A DNA stretch of 63,714 bases, filler included, from Octopus bimaculoides (lineage: Eukaryota): the NCBI RefSeq assembly GCF_001194135.2. It is 7 parts of 6 records of this genome, joined end to end, with 100 filler letters (N's around TTAATTAATTAA, not from the genome) between each part and the next. Parts side by side here need not be neighbours in the genome. Positions count along the whole stretch, not along the records: positions 1 to 31,520 come from NC_068981.1; positions 31,621 to 42,614 come from NC_068981.1; 5 more parts are not named here. One strand, given 5' to 3'. Position 1 is the first letter of the stretch; every line of letters starts with the position of its first letter. Both the position numbers and the translations under genes were made by a program. Of the stretch, positions 27,301-40,910 are shown one piece after another. The notes under the pieces were generated by a model. That model did not search any database and had not been told where the DNA came from. It saw nothing but the letters and a program-made list of their open reading frames with translations.

Positions 27301-27882
27301 NNNNNNNNNNNNNNNNNNNNNNNNNNNNNNNNNNNNNNNNNNNNNNNNNNNNNNNNNNNNNNNNNNNNNNNNNNNNNNNNNNNNNNNNNNNNNNNNNNNN
27401 NNNNNNNNNNNNNNNNNNNNNNNNNNNNNNNNNNNNNNNNNNNNNNNNNNNNNNNNNNNNNNNNNNNNNNNNNNNNNNNNNNNNNNNNNNNNNNNNNNNN
27501 NNNNNNNNNNNNNNNNNNNNNNNNNNNNNNNNNNNNNNNNNNNNNNNNNNNNNNNNNNNNNNNNNNNNNNNNNNNNNNNNNNNNNNNNNNNNNNNNNNNN
27601 NNNNNNNNNNNNNNNNNNNNNNNNNNNNNNNNNNNNNNNNNNNNNNNNNNNNNNNNNNNNNNNNNNNNNNNNNNNNNNNNNNNNNNNNNNNNNNNNNNNN
27701 NNNNNNNNNNNNNNNNNNNNNNNNNNNNNNNNNNNNNNNNNNNNNNNNNNNNNNNNNNNNNNNNNNNNNNNNNNNNNNNNNNNNNNNNNNNNNNNNNNNN
27801 NNNNNNNNNNNNNNNNNNNNNNNNNNNNNNNNNNNNNNNNNNNNNNNNNNNNNNNNNNNNNNNNNNNNNNNNNNNNNNNNNN

Positions 27883-27923
<41 letters not shown>

Positions 27924-28494
27924 TATATCATATATATATACGGGTGAAAATGTTCGTGCGATCATATGTATATGTGTGTGTTTGTGAGATCGCACACACA
28001 TTTTCACCCATGTACATCTGGAAACTTGGAAATGTTTATGTAAATTTTTACCAAACTATTGACAATAGGGCTTCAATTATTGCTTTCAGGCACACGCATA
28101 CCCACACATACACATGTTGATTGTGTCTGTGTACAAGGTTCTGCAGCATAAATTCTTATATATAAGCATGAATATATATGAGTGATTGTCTGTTGAAATG
28201 TTTTTTTCTTTTGCTGGATACAGCTAAGCAGACATTGCCAAACACCTTAAGCATATAAATTTCATCATGATTATTTTATATGATATTCAAATGTATATAA
28301 ATTCATAAATTCACGTCTAAAAATGGTAAAATTTGTGTATATATATGTATGGGTGCAAGCATGCATACATATAAGCACTCAGACATATACTCATGCACAC
28401 ACGCGCGCACATACACAAACACACAAACACACACATACACACACACACACATATATATATGCGTGTGTGTATGTATGTGTGCATATATATATAT

Positions 28495-28533
<39 letters not shown>

Positions 28534-28614
28534 TACATACATATATGCTCGCATAAAGGAAAATGTCTTGCATATATATGTGTACACGTATTTATATGCA
28601 AGTAAATGCATATA

Positions 28615-28701
<87 letters not shown>

Positions 28702-29226
28702 GCAAGTATGTACATATATATGTATATATATATGCAAGTATATGCATGTACATGTATGTATGCAAATATATGTGGGTGTATGTATATGTTTGTGTTGTGT
28801 GTGAGTTATTTACATGTACACACGTATACATAAGAATATAAGTTATTAAAGTTTTTCTTTTGCATACAAGTGCATTTAGATATTTTGCCCACTTACATAC
28901 TAATGCGTATATATGAACATATACTTAGACAATATACTTCCATACAAACACGGACATACATTCATACTTGCATATACAAATTCTGTCCCTGGATTTTAGT
29001 GTAAATAGTATATTTTGATACAGGATTGTTTCCACTATTGTACTGTTACAGTACACTATTGTATGATAAGTGCCAAAAAAATTTTCAGGACGTTTCTTGG
29101 CTATAGAACCGTCAAATCATAAGTATTTTCGTCGTTGTTATATCGACGCGGAAAAAATATTTCTCCATAGATGGAAGACAGATAAAGAAAGAAAAAAAAT
29201 CACACACATGCGCACTCACACAATAG

Positions 29227-29266
<40 letters not shown>

Positions 29267-29455
29267 CAACACATACTCACGGACACACACACACACGACA
29301 ACACACACATACAGACATGCATATGTGCATACAAACAAGAGAGACACAAGGAAAAAATATATACATATGAAATATAGAGATACACAACCATGCACGCATA
29401 CGCACATTCGTACGCATTCGCCACCAATGGAGAAATGCGAGCACAAATTTGGTAC

Positions 29456-29597
29456 TCTTTTACTCTTTTACTTGTTTCAGTCATTTAACTGCGGCCATGC
29501 TGGAGCACCGCCTTTAGTCGAGAAAATCGACTCCAGGACTTATTCTTTGTAAGCCAAGTACTTATTCTATTGGTCTCTTTTGCCGAACCGCTAGGTT
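29456..29597 (-). mobile_element. Type A SINE 3' tail
   Basis: tactcttttactcttttacttgtttcagtc..tttgccgaaccgctaggttac. Confidence 0.85.
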
Positions 29598-29971
29598 ACA
29601 TTTTGAAGTATGGGTTATATTCTTTTGTGTGTGGGTTTATAAAAGTCTTTCAGAGTTTTAGCCTTGTAGCTTTCCCTATGTTACGTAAGTGTAGGGGTTA
29701 AATGTAAAAAAGTTTCGGACCAAAATAATTTGTGTGTAACAGTACAACAGCCGAAACATTTTATCATGACAACACACTGATTACAATGCAATCTGGGAAA
29801 GCTCAACAGAAAATGTGTGTGTATGTGTGTGATTTTACACCCCACACACATACACACACACACGCACACACATACATGTACCTACATGAATAGATGTATA
29901 TGTATGGATATGTGTATGTATAAATATATATATATATTTATATGTATATATGCACACATGTATTTATAAGG

Positions 29972-30025
<54 letters not shown>

Positions 30026-30136
30026 GCACACACACGCACACACACACACACATATATATATATACACATATACTCACACAAACAAAAACTCACACATACG
30101 TGTGAAGAGAAGCATATGTGTGTGTATTTGTGTGTG

Positions 30137-30168
<32 letters not shown>

Positions 30169-30259
30169 CGTGCGTGTGTGTGCGCGCGCGCATATGTATG
30201 CATTTTCTGAACACAAACGTGCAAGAGATAATGTCTATTTTTCATTATTATTATTATTA

Positions 30260-30304
<45 letters not shown>

Positions 30305-30374
30305 GAGTAGTATTATGTAGTATCTAATATATTTATATCTGTATGTAAATATCTGTATCTCACTCTCTCTCAGC

Positions 30375-30417
<43 letters not shown>

Positions 30418-32469
30418 NNNNNNNNNNNNNNNNNNNNNNNNNNNNNNNNNNNNNNNNNNNNNNNNNNNNNNNNNNNNNNNNNNNNNNNNNNNNNNNNNNN
30501 NNNNNNNNNNNNNNNNNNNNNNNNNNNNNNNNNNNNNNNNNNNNNNNNNNNNNNNNNNNNNNNNNNNNNNNNNNNNNNNNNNNNNNNNNNNNNNNNNNNN
30601 NNNNNNNNNNNNNNNNNNNNNNNNNNNNNNNNNNNNNNNNNNNNNNNNNNNNNNNNNNNNNNNNNNNNNNNNNNNNNNNNNNNNNNNNNNNNNNNNNNNN
30701 NNNNNNNNNNNNNNNNNNNNNNNNNNNNNNNNNNNNNNNNNNNNNNNNNNNNNNNNNNNNNNNNNNNNNNNNNNNNNNNNNNNNNNNNNNNNNNNNNNNN
30801 NNNNNNNNNNNNNNNNNNNNNNNNNNNNNNNNNNNNNNNNNNNNNNNNNNNNNNNNNNNNNNNNNNNNNNNNNNNNNNNNNNNNNNNNNNNNNNNNNNNN
30901 NNNNNNNNNNNNNNNNNNNNNNNNNNNNNNNNNNNNNNNNNNNNNNNNNNNNNNNNNNNNNNNNNNTATATATATATATAAATATATATATATACATACA
31001 AATATATACATACAAATATATACCGACAAATATACTATATATACATACTAAATAATACTACACACACACACGCATATATATACATACACACACCCTCACA
31101 AACGCACAGATAAAAACATAACTACATCTGTACCCACATACATACATACATACATACATGCATACATACATGCATACATACATACATACATACATACATG
31201 TATACATGCATACATACATGCATGCATATGGCTGTTGTTGGTGTGTAATATTTGGGAAGACAGCCATAAAATATAGTTTGCACTTTGGCAGTCATTGCTA
31301 CATAAAACATATCACATTGGCTAGCATATTTTTTTTGAAAATGCTTTACACACCTCTTTATGCTGACTGAAGCACACGCATCATAACAAACACGAACACA
31401 CAGTTGAATTACATTAAGAGCATCGTTATTCTCAGTCTCGTTCACACACACAATATATGTGTGTGTGTGTGTGTTTGTGTATGTGTGTGTGCTTGTGTAT
31501 GTGTGTGTGTATACATATATNNNNNNNNNNNNNNNNNNNNNNNNNNNNNNNNNNNNNNNNNNNNTTAATTAATTAANNNNNNNNNNNNNNNNNNNNNNNN
31601 NNNNNNNNNNNNNNNNNNNNGTGCTGTTGATAGATGCGTGTTTGGTAAAACGATGAAAACGATGAAATGTTTCTAAGACGCTTTCGAAGAAGATGGCAGC
31701 AGATTGCATGTAACTGTGGACGGCGATTTTAGTATTTAAAGGCTCTTGGGACTGTGGGAATTATTTACAATTCTTCAGAATTTAAGCCTATTTAAAAGTG
31801 AAAGTGGCAAAAGCGTTCAAGTTACTTTCAGCATAATAAGATTTATTGTAAAATTCCCTCCTCTTCCTAGTCTCGCCATCTTCCTCGCTCGTTCTCTTTC
31901 TGTCACTTGTTGCCTCTCTGTCATTTTCTCCCTACTCTCTTCCTCTCTTTCTCTCTCTCCCCCCCACGCTTTCTCACATTGTAAGACACTATTCACTAAT
32001 TTTTCTGCCCCCCCACCGCCAATCTTTATTCTTATACACGTCTCTCTTTAATTAAAGTTTCATCTAAATTCAAACATGTATTTGTTTATTTATCTATTTT
32101 ATTTTAGGTCAAACAGACACGCCATCTATGTTTTAATAAAGGTAATTATATAGAAGGACACACACACACACACACGTACACACACACAATGTTCACATAC
32201 GAACAAGCTCATGTATGCAAACGCACACTAATGAGGACACATATCAATATATACATACACATAATCATGCCTAACCACACACACACTCACACACACACAC
32301 TCACACACACACACTCACACACACACAATCCCTTCCACAATAATAAACACGAGCTCATACACATGCTCGCATTACGTTATACCAGTACAGTAACATATAA
32401 TCATACATATGCATATTCACATAGACACACTTAAGATAAAGGGTTACTGTATTCACACACACACACACA

Positions 32470-32521
<52 letters not shown>

Positions 32522-32600
32522 ACAGAACGTCCATGCATCAAAGCACTTTCATACATTCTAAGTCTTACTTAAATTCAAAAATTATATGGATATCTTCATA

Positions 32601-33111
32601 CGTGGTCTGACCAATATGTATCCGGATTGTTGCCATAGTAACGAAAGTAAAGCACGCAGACTAAAGCCGCTTGGCACAGATTGGCCTTAAACTCTACTGT
32701 GCATGCTCACAAAGTTTTAACGTTCTAACTCACTTCTGCCATTTACAACAGTGCTTTGAAAGAAGGTGTGTCGCGTGTGATCGTCGCATTGACCATGACA
32801 GAGAATCTGCATCAAATGTTGCCAAAAGCTTGGTGATACCTGCTCAGGGGCATACGCAAAGTTTTCAAAAGGTTTTCATCGTTCTCGACACAATCAAGAT
32901 CTTGCGTAACTGAAATCTGAGTGTCGTTTTGGTCAGCTGAAAGCACTTTTGGCATAAACTTGCCAGACACGCGTCTCATACCCAAATCTTCTGTGATAAT
33001 GGACTGAACTGAACCGTAACTAATATGCACATCTTCTGATAACTCACGGATGGCGTTTCGACGATTTTCCATCACTGGTCGGGTTGGTTGCCGATACTCG
33101 TCGCTGACCGA
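32601..33111. mobile_element. Mariner remnant with internal inversion
   Basis: Plus strand 32601-32865: TIR (ta)cgtggtctgaccaatatgtatccgga and RICIKCCQKLGDTCSGAYAK. Minus strand 33111-32860: MENRRNAIRELSEDVHISYGSVQSIITEDLGMRRVSGKFMPKVLS. Confidence 0.8.
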
Positions 33112-33479
33112 TTAAAAGATGACAAAGCAATAACAATCAAAGAGGCTAATAAAGGGAGTGCAGTCGTCTTAATAGACACGGTATATCATATAACTCTAGT
33201 AATACCTATATTAGAAAATACAACATATTATGAAAAGGCCTAACACTACAGTCAGCAGAAAATAATGAGAGACCTAGAATCCATGTTAAACCTATACAGA
33301 GAAGGGCTCACCGACAAAGAATATGACTATATGACCAATTTCAAAAGTAAAACCAGTCAATTTTACTGTATTCCCAAGATACACAAAAGTGAGAAAATAA
33401 GTAACGCATATGCATGTTAACCACAGACATAATAATTAAAGTCCCTACTCCTAATGACTTCAAATTGAGACCTATAACA
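33109..33479 (+). mobile_element. Penelope-like RT N-terminal fragment
   Basis: LKDDKAITIKEANKGSAVVLID...FKSKTSQFYCIPKIHKS...PNDFKLRPI corresponds to the PLE ADKG / FYGLPKIHK / LRPI motifs; runs into an (AT)n and a gap. Confidence 0.8.
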
Positions 33480-33839
33480 TATATATATATATATATATAT
33501 ATANNNNNNNNNNNNNNNNNNNNNNNNNNNNNNNNNNNNNNNNNNNNNNNNNNNNNNNNNNNNNNNNNNNNNNNNNNNNNNNNNNNNNNNNNNNNNNNNN
33601 NNNNNNNNNNNNNNNNNNNNNNNNNNNNNNNNNNNNNNNNNNNNNNNNNNNNNNNNNNNNNNNNNNNNNNNNNNNNNNNNNNNNNNNNNNNNNNNNNNNN
33701 NNNNNNNNNNNNNNNNNNNNNNNNNNNNNNNNNNNNNNNNNNNNNNNNNNNNNNNNNNNNNNNNNNNNNNNNNNNNNNNNNNNNNNNNNNNNNNNNNNNN
33801 NNNNNNNNNNNNNNNNNNNNNNNNNNNNNNNNNNNNNNN

Positions 33840-33884
<45 letters not shown>

Positions 33885-34822
33885 ATGGTTATGTGAGTGT
33901 TTGGTATACATTTGTATACATTCAGTTTTGTTCTGCAACCTGATGCAGATTATGCAAACACATTATTTACAAGGCTTATTTTTTTTTAAAACCCTCTTAA
34001 GTAGAAGAAGGATTTCAGCGAACGCTTTCCAAGACATGATTTTCGCTCATTTATCTTACTCGTGTCTTTGAAAAACGCAGGAACATTACACGGCCTCATC
34101 ATATCCTCCTTATATTCACAGAATGTGTACTCAGTCAAAAGATGACAATATTTCAATGATTCCTGTACAGTACATGATCAGCTCTATGAGACTCTGGTTT
34201 TCCTTAAAATACCAAAGTAAATAAATAAATAAATAAATAAATAAATGTAAGCTTCGGAACTAGCTGCTATAATATAACAGAGTAAATCAAATATTTTTAA
34301 TTTAGGCATAAGGCTGTTAATATATATTTGGTGATTGTCTACTCTTTATACAGAGTTTGACCGCCTCCTGTTCCTACACCTTAGCACCATCTGATGTGAC
34401 TTTTTAAACCAGACAATGTTCTGAAAAGACGCCCGCATATATTGAACCTCTGATTTGGACCACCAATATCTACAGATAAGTTCTGCTCCTTGTGGATGCG
34501 CCATGATTTCGGCGCAAAACGAATCAGTTGCAGCACAGACTTCAAAACGATAGGTTGAGAGTCTATATCATGGTAATGCGTGCTGAAGAAGCTAAGGCTA
34601 TTTTTGCTAGTGCAGAAACCGGTCCACGTGAGTCCAAATACTTAAATGTATGTTAGTAGATTGTCTTAACCTGGTTTGTCTTCGTTTGATTTTCTTCGCA
34701 GATTAATTTTTCGTGAATTATTTTTCTCGTAAATTGTTTACTATTTGTATCGATATACATACATACACATACATATTCATAGTATTGTGTCTTCTTTTAG
34801 TGAAAATATATTTGTGTGTATG

Positions 34823-34877
<55 letters not shown>

Positions 34878-35019
34878 ACATGCATACATATTTCTGTATC
34901 ACTTTATCGACCACACTATCGGGTGTTGCTATACACCGTTGGTCACAATGCGTTTCCTGGATTGTTGTAAATTTGGAATGGTGCTAGTCTAATACTTTGT
35001 TATCTTATCGATTCTGTTG

Positions 35020-35522
35020 GGATAAAAGACAAATTTGACCTCGGGGAGATTTGAACTCACTACGTAAAGATCCGGAAGAAAAACCTTGCAGCATTTCTTC
35101 GGATGCACTAACGGTCGTCAACTACTCCGTAACATTATAGTTTCTTAGTCAGACACAAGACCAAAAGTTTTGAGCGGTAGCGTTTGTAGATCCCGTTGAC
35201 TCCAGTACCTGACTGGTTGTATATGTTATTGACATCAGTGGGATGATAACAAAATTGAACTCGACAGGATTTGAACTCAAAGCGTAAAGAGCTGGAAGCA
35301 ATATTGGTTTCAAACTTTGGTTGAAGGTTAACAAGTTTAGAGGGCAGGGGTAGGTCAATTAGATCGACGGCTGTGTTCGCTTGGTACTTACTTTATCTAC
35401 CTCGAAAGGACGAAATGTGAAGTGGACCTCGGTGGAATTAGAACTCAGAACGTAAAGACAGAGGAAATGCCACGAAGCATTTTGCCCGGTGTGCTAACGA
35501 TTCTGCCAGCTCACCGCCTTAG
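35020..35522 (-). mobile_element. Cluster of three type B SINE copies
   Basis: Repeated gacctcgg..gatttgaactca..cgtaaaga..gctaacg..ccagctcaccgcctt. Confidence 0.75.
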
Positions 35523-36152
35523 TTGGAAGAAATATTGCAACGCATTTCTTCTGAAGCCCTCCATGCAGTGGCGTTTTAGTCCAAGAGATGTATTAATCCT
35601 ACCATTAATCCTACCGACCTTCGCCCTATCATTCGAATAATGATGAATAACGAAGGGGCCTCTAAATAGCTGTTCCGCCGATTAGAAAAAGCAACCAAAT
35701 ACCCGCTATTTGTACCCTGTTGTTTTTAAAAGCACACAAGCTACATTCGATAATGTAGTCATAGATGCATAGTTCCAATAAAATCCAGGTTAGTCAAAAC
35801 TGGAAAGGTCTTGATCATAGGGTCAAATAGCGATAACAGCGGTTTCGTTATGAATTCCAGCTTGTTTTCTAAATCTGTTGAAGCATTTGGTTCTTAATCT
35901 GGGCGGTTTCGTTCCCTTAACAGCGCTGTAAACTCACAAATGGGGCGCTACGATGGCGTTTGGTGTTTAGATGTGATCGCCATTTTTGTTAAGAATAAAA
36001 TATTTATATTTACATTTATATTCGAAGCACATTAAAAAATCTTTGTCAAGATCAGAGTATGTATGAGGCATTGTGTTATCGGAAAGCAGAAACAAGGTTT
36101 TATATAATTTCATTTGATAAGCTATCATTTATAAAAAAATCTTGTATCCTCG

Positions 36153-36516
36153 TACTTGTTTCAGTCATTCAGCCGTGCCTATGCTGTGGCACCGTCTTAA
36201 AGGTTTTAGCCGAACAAATCGACTCAATTACTCGGCATTTTAAAGTCTGGTGCTTACGTTATCGGTCATTTTTGCTGAACCGCTAAGTTGTGCAGAAGTA
36301 AACAAATCAACTCCGGTTTTCAAGTGATGGAAGGGGAAACAAAAAGACATTGACCCACACAAAAATACAAACGGACTTCCACACAGTTTCCGTCTACCAA
36401 ATTCACTCACAAAGCATTGGTCGGCCTGGGGCTATAGTAGAAGGAACTTTCCCAAGGTGCCGCGCTGTGGTGCTGAACCTAAAACCACGTGGTTTCAAAG
36501 CGAGCTTTTTAACCAC
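36153..36516 (-). mobile_element. Type A SINE, diverged, 5'-truncated
   Basis: tacttgtttcagtcatt tail through gtttccgtctaccaaattcactcacaaagc and ccaaggtgccgcgc head domain. Confidence 0.85.
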
Positions 36517-36634
36517 GGTTCCAGGTTCATTCCCACTGCGTGGCACCTTGGGAAAGTGCCTTCTACTATAACCTCGGGCTGACCAAACCTTGTGAGTGGA
36601 TTTGGTAGACGGAAACCGAAAGAAGCCCGTCGTA

Positions 36635-36717
<83 letters not shown>

Positions 36718-36935
36718 GTGAGTATATGTTTGTGTGTCTGTGTTTGTCCCCTCAACATTGCTTGACAACCGATGCTGGTGTGCTTACGTCTCCGTAACTT
36801 AGCGGTTCGGCAAAAGAGACCGACAGAATAAGTACCAGGCTTACAAAGAATAAATCCTGGAGTCGACTTGCTCGACTAAAGGCGGTGCTCCAGCATGGCC
36901 ACAGTCAAATGACTGAAACAAGTAAAAGAGTAAAA
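36511..36935 (+). mobile_element. Type A SINE, 5'-truncated, head-to-head with the previous copy
   Basis: aaccacggttccaggttcattcccactgcgtggcacc ... gactgaaacaagtaaaagagtaaaa. Confidence 0.9.
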
Positions 36936-36959
36936 CAGTATAAGATGCTCAAATGTATG

Positions 36960-37560
36960 TCAGCATCCAAAAAGAGGAGAGATACTATAAGAAAATATGG
37001 ATAATAAACCAGAAAATTAACTGTTGTTTGATTATTTTGCAAAACACAAGGAGCAGGAGTTGAAAATAGCGCTGTGCTACAAAAAGCTGGGAAATGCTGT
37101 TGTAGAAATTTCATTAGTTTCCATTTCTCTTTTGTTTTCTTCTCTTCGTGTATTTTGGAATGCTGCAACAGACTGACAGCTTTTGTTTTAAATGAATGCT
37201 TTTTTGATTGCAATCTTCGATCCCAATCGACAAGAGACGATCCATTTCAATCATGGTATTGCTTCTTTTTCTTGTTTGGAAATTCGATGATAAAGCTGCA
37301 CTTTGGCTCCGTTCTTTATAAAGTTTCGTGATCTGAATAATATTACGAACTGTTGATTCCCTGATAACGTGAGCTCTTTCATAACTTATATACAAATTTG
37401 AGACAAAGAAAAAGAAAAAAAATACGTGTTCTGGAATCACCACGTGCATGATAGTTGTTGCTAATTTTTTCTTCTAATCTTATAACTGTTTTCTTCTTCT
37501 TATCAATTGTGCCACTTGCACTTGTGATACTCGCTCATTTAAAATTCATTATAATAAATT
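36960..37560 (-). mobile_element. Tigger/pogo transposase N-terminal remnant (CENP-B-type HTH)
   Basis: KKKKTVIRLEEKL..., IRESTVRNII...TRKRSNTMIEMDRLLSIGIEDCNQK on the minus strand. Confidence 0.7.
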
Positions 37561-37696
37561 AAAAAAGTTGGAAATATTGTAAACTCCACTTTAACACTTT
37601 TCGAATAATACAAGTCTTGAATTAAATCAGGGTAAGGTCATCCCACGTCCGAGTGCATACGAACGTATTAAATATAGTTATAATTTTTTATGTTCT

Positions 37697-37925
37697 TTAT
37701 CTTTTACTTGTTTCGATCATTCGACTGCGGCCATGCTGGAGCAACATCAGGAAGGATTTTAGCCGAATGAATCTGCCCCAGTACTTCTAATTTTTTAAAA
37801 TTCAAGTTTGGTACTTATTCTATCGGTCTTTTTGACGAACGGCTAGTTAAATGGAGACGTAAAAACACCAACATCGGTTGTCAAGCAGTGGTGGGGGACA
37901 AACAGACACAAAGACACACACACAT
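37697..37925 (-). mobile_element. Type A SINE 3' half, diverged
   Basis: cttttacttgtttcgatcatt..ccatgctggagca..acatcggttgtcaagcagtggtggggg acaaacagacac. Confidence 0.8.
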
Positions 37926-37932
37926 TCGTGCA

Positions 37933-37984
<52 letters not shown>

Positions 37985-38266
37985 GTGATGCAAACAGGAA
38001 AAGTAGAACTCAAAATATGAGTATATGTATATTTTTGTTAATATTTAGAAGAAGCAACTCAAAGGTCGAGAGTTTCGTACGTTTTCCAACGCACGAAACT
38101 CTCATCCCTTGAGGCATTCTATTGATTCTGCTATATATATATNNNNNNNNNNNNNNNNNNNNNNNNNNNNNNNNNNNNNNNNNNNNNNNNNNNNNNNNNN
38201 NNNNNNNNNNNNNNNNNNNNNNNNNNNNNNNNNNNNNNNNNNNNNNNNNNNNNNNNNNNNNNNNNN

Positions 38267-38308
<42 letters not shown>

Positions 38309-40021
38309 TTACGATCAGTCATTTTTTTTTCAAGCGATGCCTATGCATGATGATTTTTTGGGTAGTGGGGAAAGGATTTACACAAATCGAATCCCACTTT
38401 CTGAACACGTACAATATAAACTCGAAAAGACGAACTAGTCTACATCATCGGATATTGTCAGAGTCACAGGTTTTCCCTCTCTTAGAGAGATGTTGTGACA
38501 AAAACAGAGGGGTCTCCCACTCACAGTGGGCCAACCGCACGCCTGGACACCAACCCAAGTATCTCCACATCGCCGCACATACATACATACAGGCATATAT
38601 ACACATGTACACATTTTCTCGAATGGCCGTTGACTGCTCGTGAGCTCTTCCACTCTTTGGCTGGTCTTATGTTTCGTCCTGCAGAGTGTCCAACAATCAC
38701 TCTCCTAACCAAGCAAGCTTCATGGGGTTTCCAGTTTAGTCGCCGACGAACCGACCAATGCAACAGGTCATACTGGGTTACATGTTACCAGTAGCGCCCA
38801 AGAGCGACCTGACACACACGGACGCACATACATACATACACACACACACATATATATATGTGTGTGTGTGTATGAGTGAGAGTGTGTGCGAACTTGTGGG
38901 TGGATGTCTTTAAAGAGGTGCAACTATGGAAGGCATTGCATAAATGGATCTTATTACAAGTGACCTTTATGTGTATGTATGTTTATATGTATGTATACTT
39001 GTATGTACGCATGCATGTACGNNNNNNNNNNNNNNNNNNNNNNNNNNNNNNNNNNNNNNNNNNNNNNNNNNNNNNNNNNNNNNNNNNNNNNNNNNNNNNN
39101 NNNNNNNNNNNNNNNNNNNNNNNNNNNNNNNNNNNNNNNNNNNNNNNNNNNNNNNNNNNNNNNNNNNNNNNNNNNNNNNNNNNNNNNNNNNNNNNNNNNN
39201 NNNNNNNNNNNNNNNNNNNNNNNNNNNNNNNNNNNNNNNNNNNNNNNNNNNNNNNNNNNNNNNNNNNNNNNNNNNNNNNNNNNNNNNNNNNNNNNNNNNN
39301 NNNNNNNNNNNNNNNNNNNNNNNNNNNNNNNNNNNNNNNNNNNNNNNNNNNNNNNNNNNNNNNNNNNNNNNNNNNNNNNNNNNNNNNNNNNNNNNNNNNN
39401 NNNNNNNNNNNNNNNNNNNNNNNNNNNNNNNNNNNNNNNNNNNNNNNNNNNNNNNNNNNNNNNNNNNNNNNNNNNNNNNNNNNNNNNNNNNNNNNNNNNN
39501 NNNNNNNNNNNNNNNNNNNNNNNNNNNNNNNNNNNNNNNNNNNNNNNNNNNNNNNNNNNNNNNNNNNNNNNNNNNNNNNNNNNNNNNNNNNNNNNNNNNN
39601 NNNNNNNNNNNNNNNNNNNNNNNNNNNNNNNNNNNNNNNNNNNNNNNNNNNNNNNNNNNNNNNNNNNNNNNNNNNNNNNNNNNNNNNNNNNNNNNNNNNN
39701 NNNNNNNNNNNNNNNNNNNNNNNNNNNNNNNNNNNNNNNNNNNNNNNNNNNNNNNNNNNNNNNNNNNNNNNNNNNNNNNNNNNNNNNNNNNNNNNNNNNN
39801 NNNNNNNNNNNNNNNNNNNNNNNNNNNNNNNNNNNNTATATACTCCCTTATGTGGTTAGGAAGCAAGCTTCTTACCATCCAGCCACGCCGATAAAAATGC
39901 CTACCATATTAAAACAAGGTATCCCACGTGTTCGTTCGACATCAGTAAGACATTGTTTGACTGAGGTCTTGTTATTATTTTGGCAAATTGAACTACGATA
40001 TGAATGTTCATGCACGTCTAA

Positions 40022-40165
40022 CTTGGCGAGCTGGTAGAATAGTTACCACACCGGAGAAAATGCTTTGCAGCATTTCTTCCGAATTTACGATCTGAGTTCA
40101 AATCCGCCATGGTCGACTTTGCCTTTCATCCTTTCCGGGTCGATAAAATAAGTACCCGCTTGCCA
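40022..40165 (+). mobile_element. Type B SINE, partial
   Basis: ggcgagctggtagaatagtt..ctgagttcaaatccgcc..gactttgcctttcatcctttccgggtcgataaaataagtacc. Confidence 0.8.
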
Positions 40166-40492
40166 ATATTTGAACCAGATATTCATGTAATTGCGTCGGT
40201 CGTGGTTTGACTAAATCTGTTGCCCAGTTGACTAGGGGCTGTGACACGTTTCGGCACAACAATTCTGGCATCACCTATTTGGCGGCGTTGATTTGACGCT
40301 GACTTACTTGACACCAGACGTTTTGATGTTTCCCTCGCTCTCTCTCGCTTTCTGTTTATGTGAGTGAGCATATTTCTTTTAATTTGTGCTTATTATAATT
40401 TTTTTTAATTAATAAATTCTATTATCTGGCTGTCTAACTTTTTCTGTCTCTCCCACTACACTTTCTGTCTTTGTATCCTATTCTTCTTATTA

Positions 40493-40700
40493 TTCTTTTA
40501 CTTGTTTCAGTCATTTAACTGTGGCCATGCTGGAGCACGACTTCGAAGTAGTTAGTCGAGGAAATGCACTCCAGGACTTATTCTTTGTAAACTTAGTACT
40601 TATTCTATCGGTCTCTTTGGTCGAACCGTTAAGTTACGGAGATATAAACACCCCAGCATCGGTTGTCAAGCGATGGAGGGGTGAAAAACACAAACACAGG

Positions 40701-40761
<61 letters not shown>

Positions 40762-40910
40762 GACGGGCTTCATCCAGTTTCCGTCTACCAAATCCACCCA
40801 CAAGGCTTTAGCCGGCCCTAGGCTATAGTAGAAAACACTTGCCCAAAGACTGAACCTGGAACCATGTGGTTAGGAAGCAAGCTTCTTACTACACAGCCAC
40901 GCCCGCGCCT
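40493..40910 (-). mobile_element. Full-length type A SINE
   Basis: Reverse complement of the 8756-9162 pattern; its 5' head is tandemly repeated (see findings). Confidence 0.9.

Noticed and set aside
31628-32130. Possible TIR pair gatagatgcgtg / cacgccatctatg
   Set aside because: Short, imperfect, adjacent to a linker, no TSD visible.
34060-34162. Minus-strand 103-nt open segment ESLKYCHLLTEYTFCEYKEDMMRPCNVPAFFKDT with GTAAGA donor
   Set aside because: Acceptor lacks a polypyrimidine tract, the stronger upstream acceptor gives stops, no recognisable homology.
34360-34620. Faint mariner-like LAPSD motif
   Set aside because: Too degenerate to delimit or assign.
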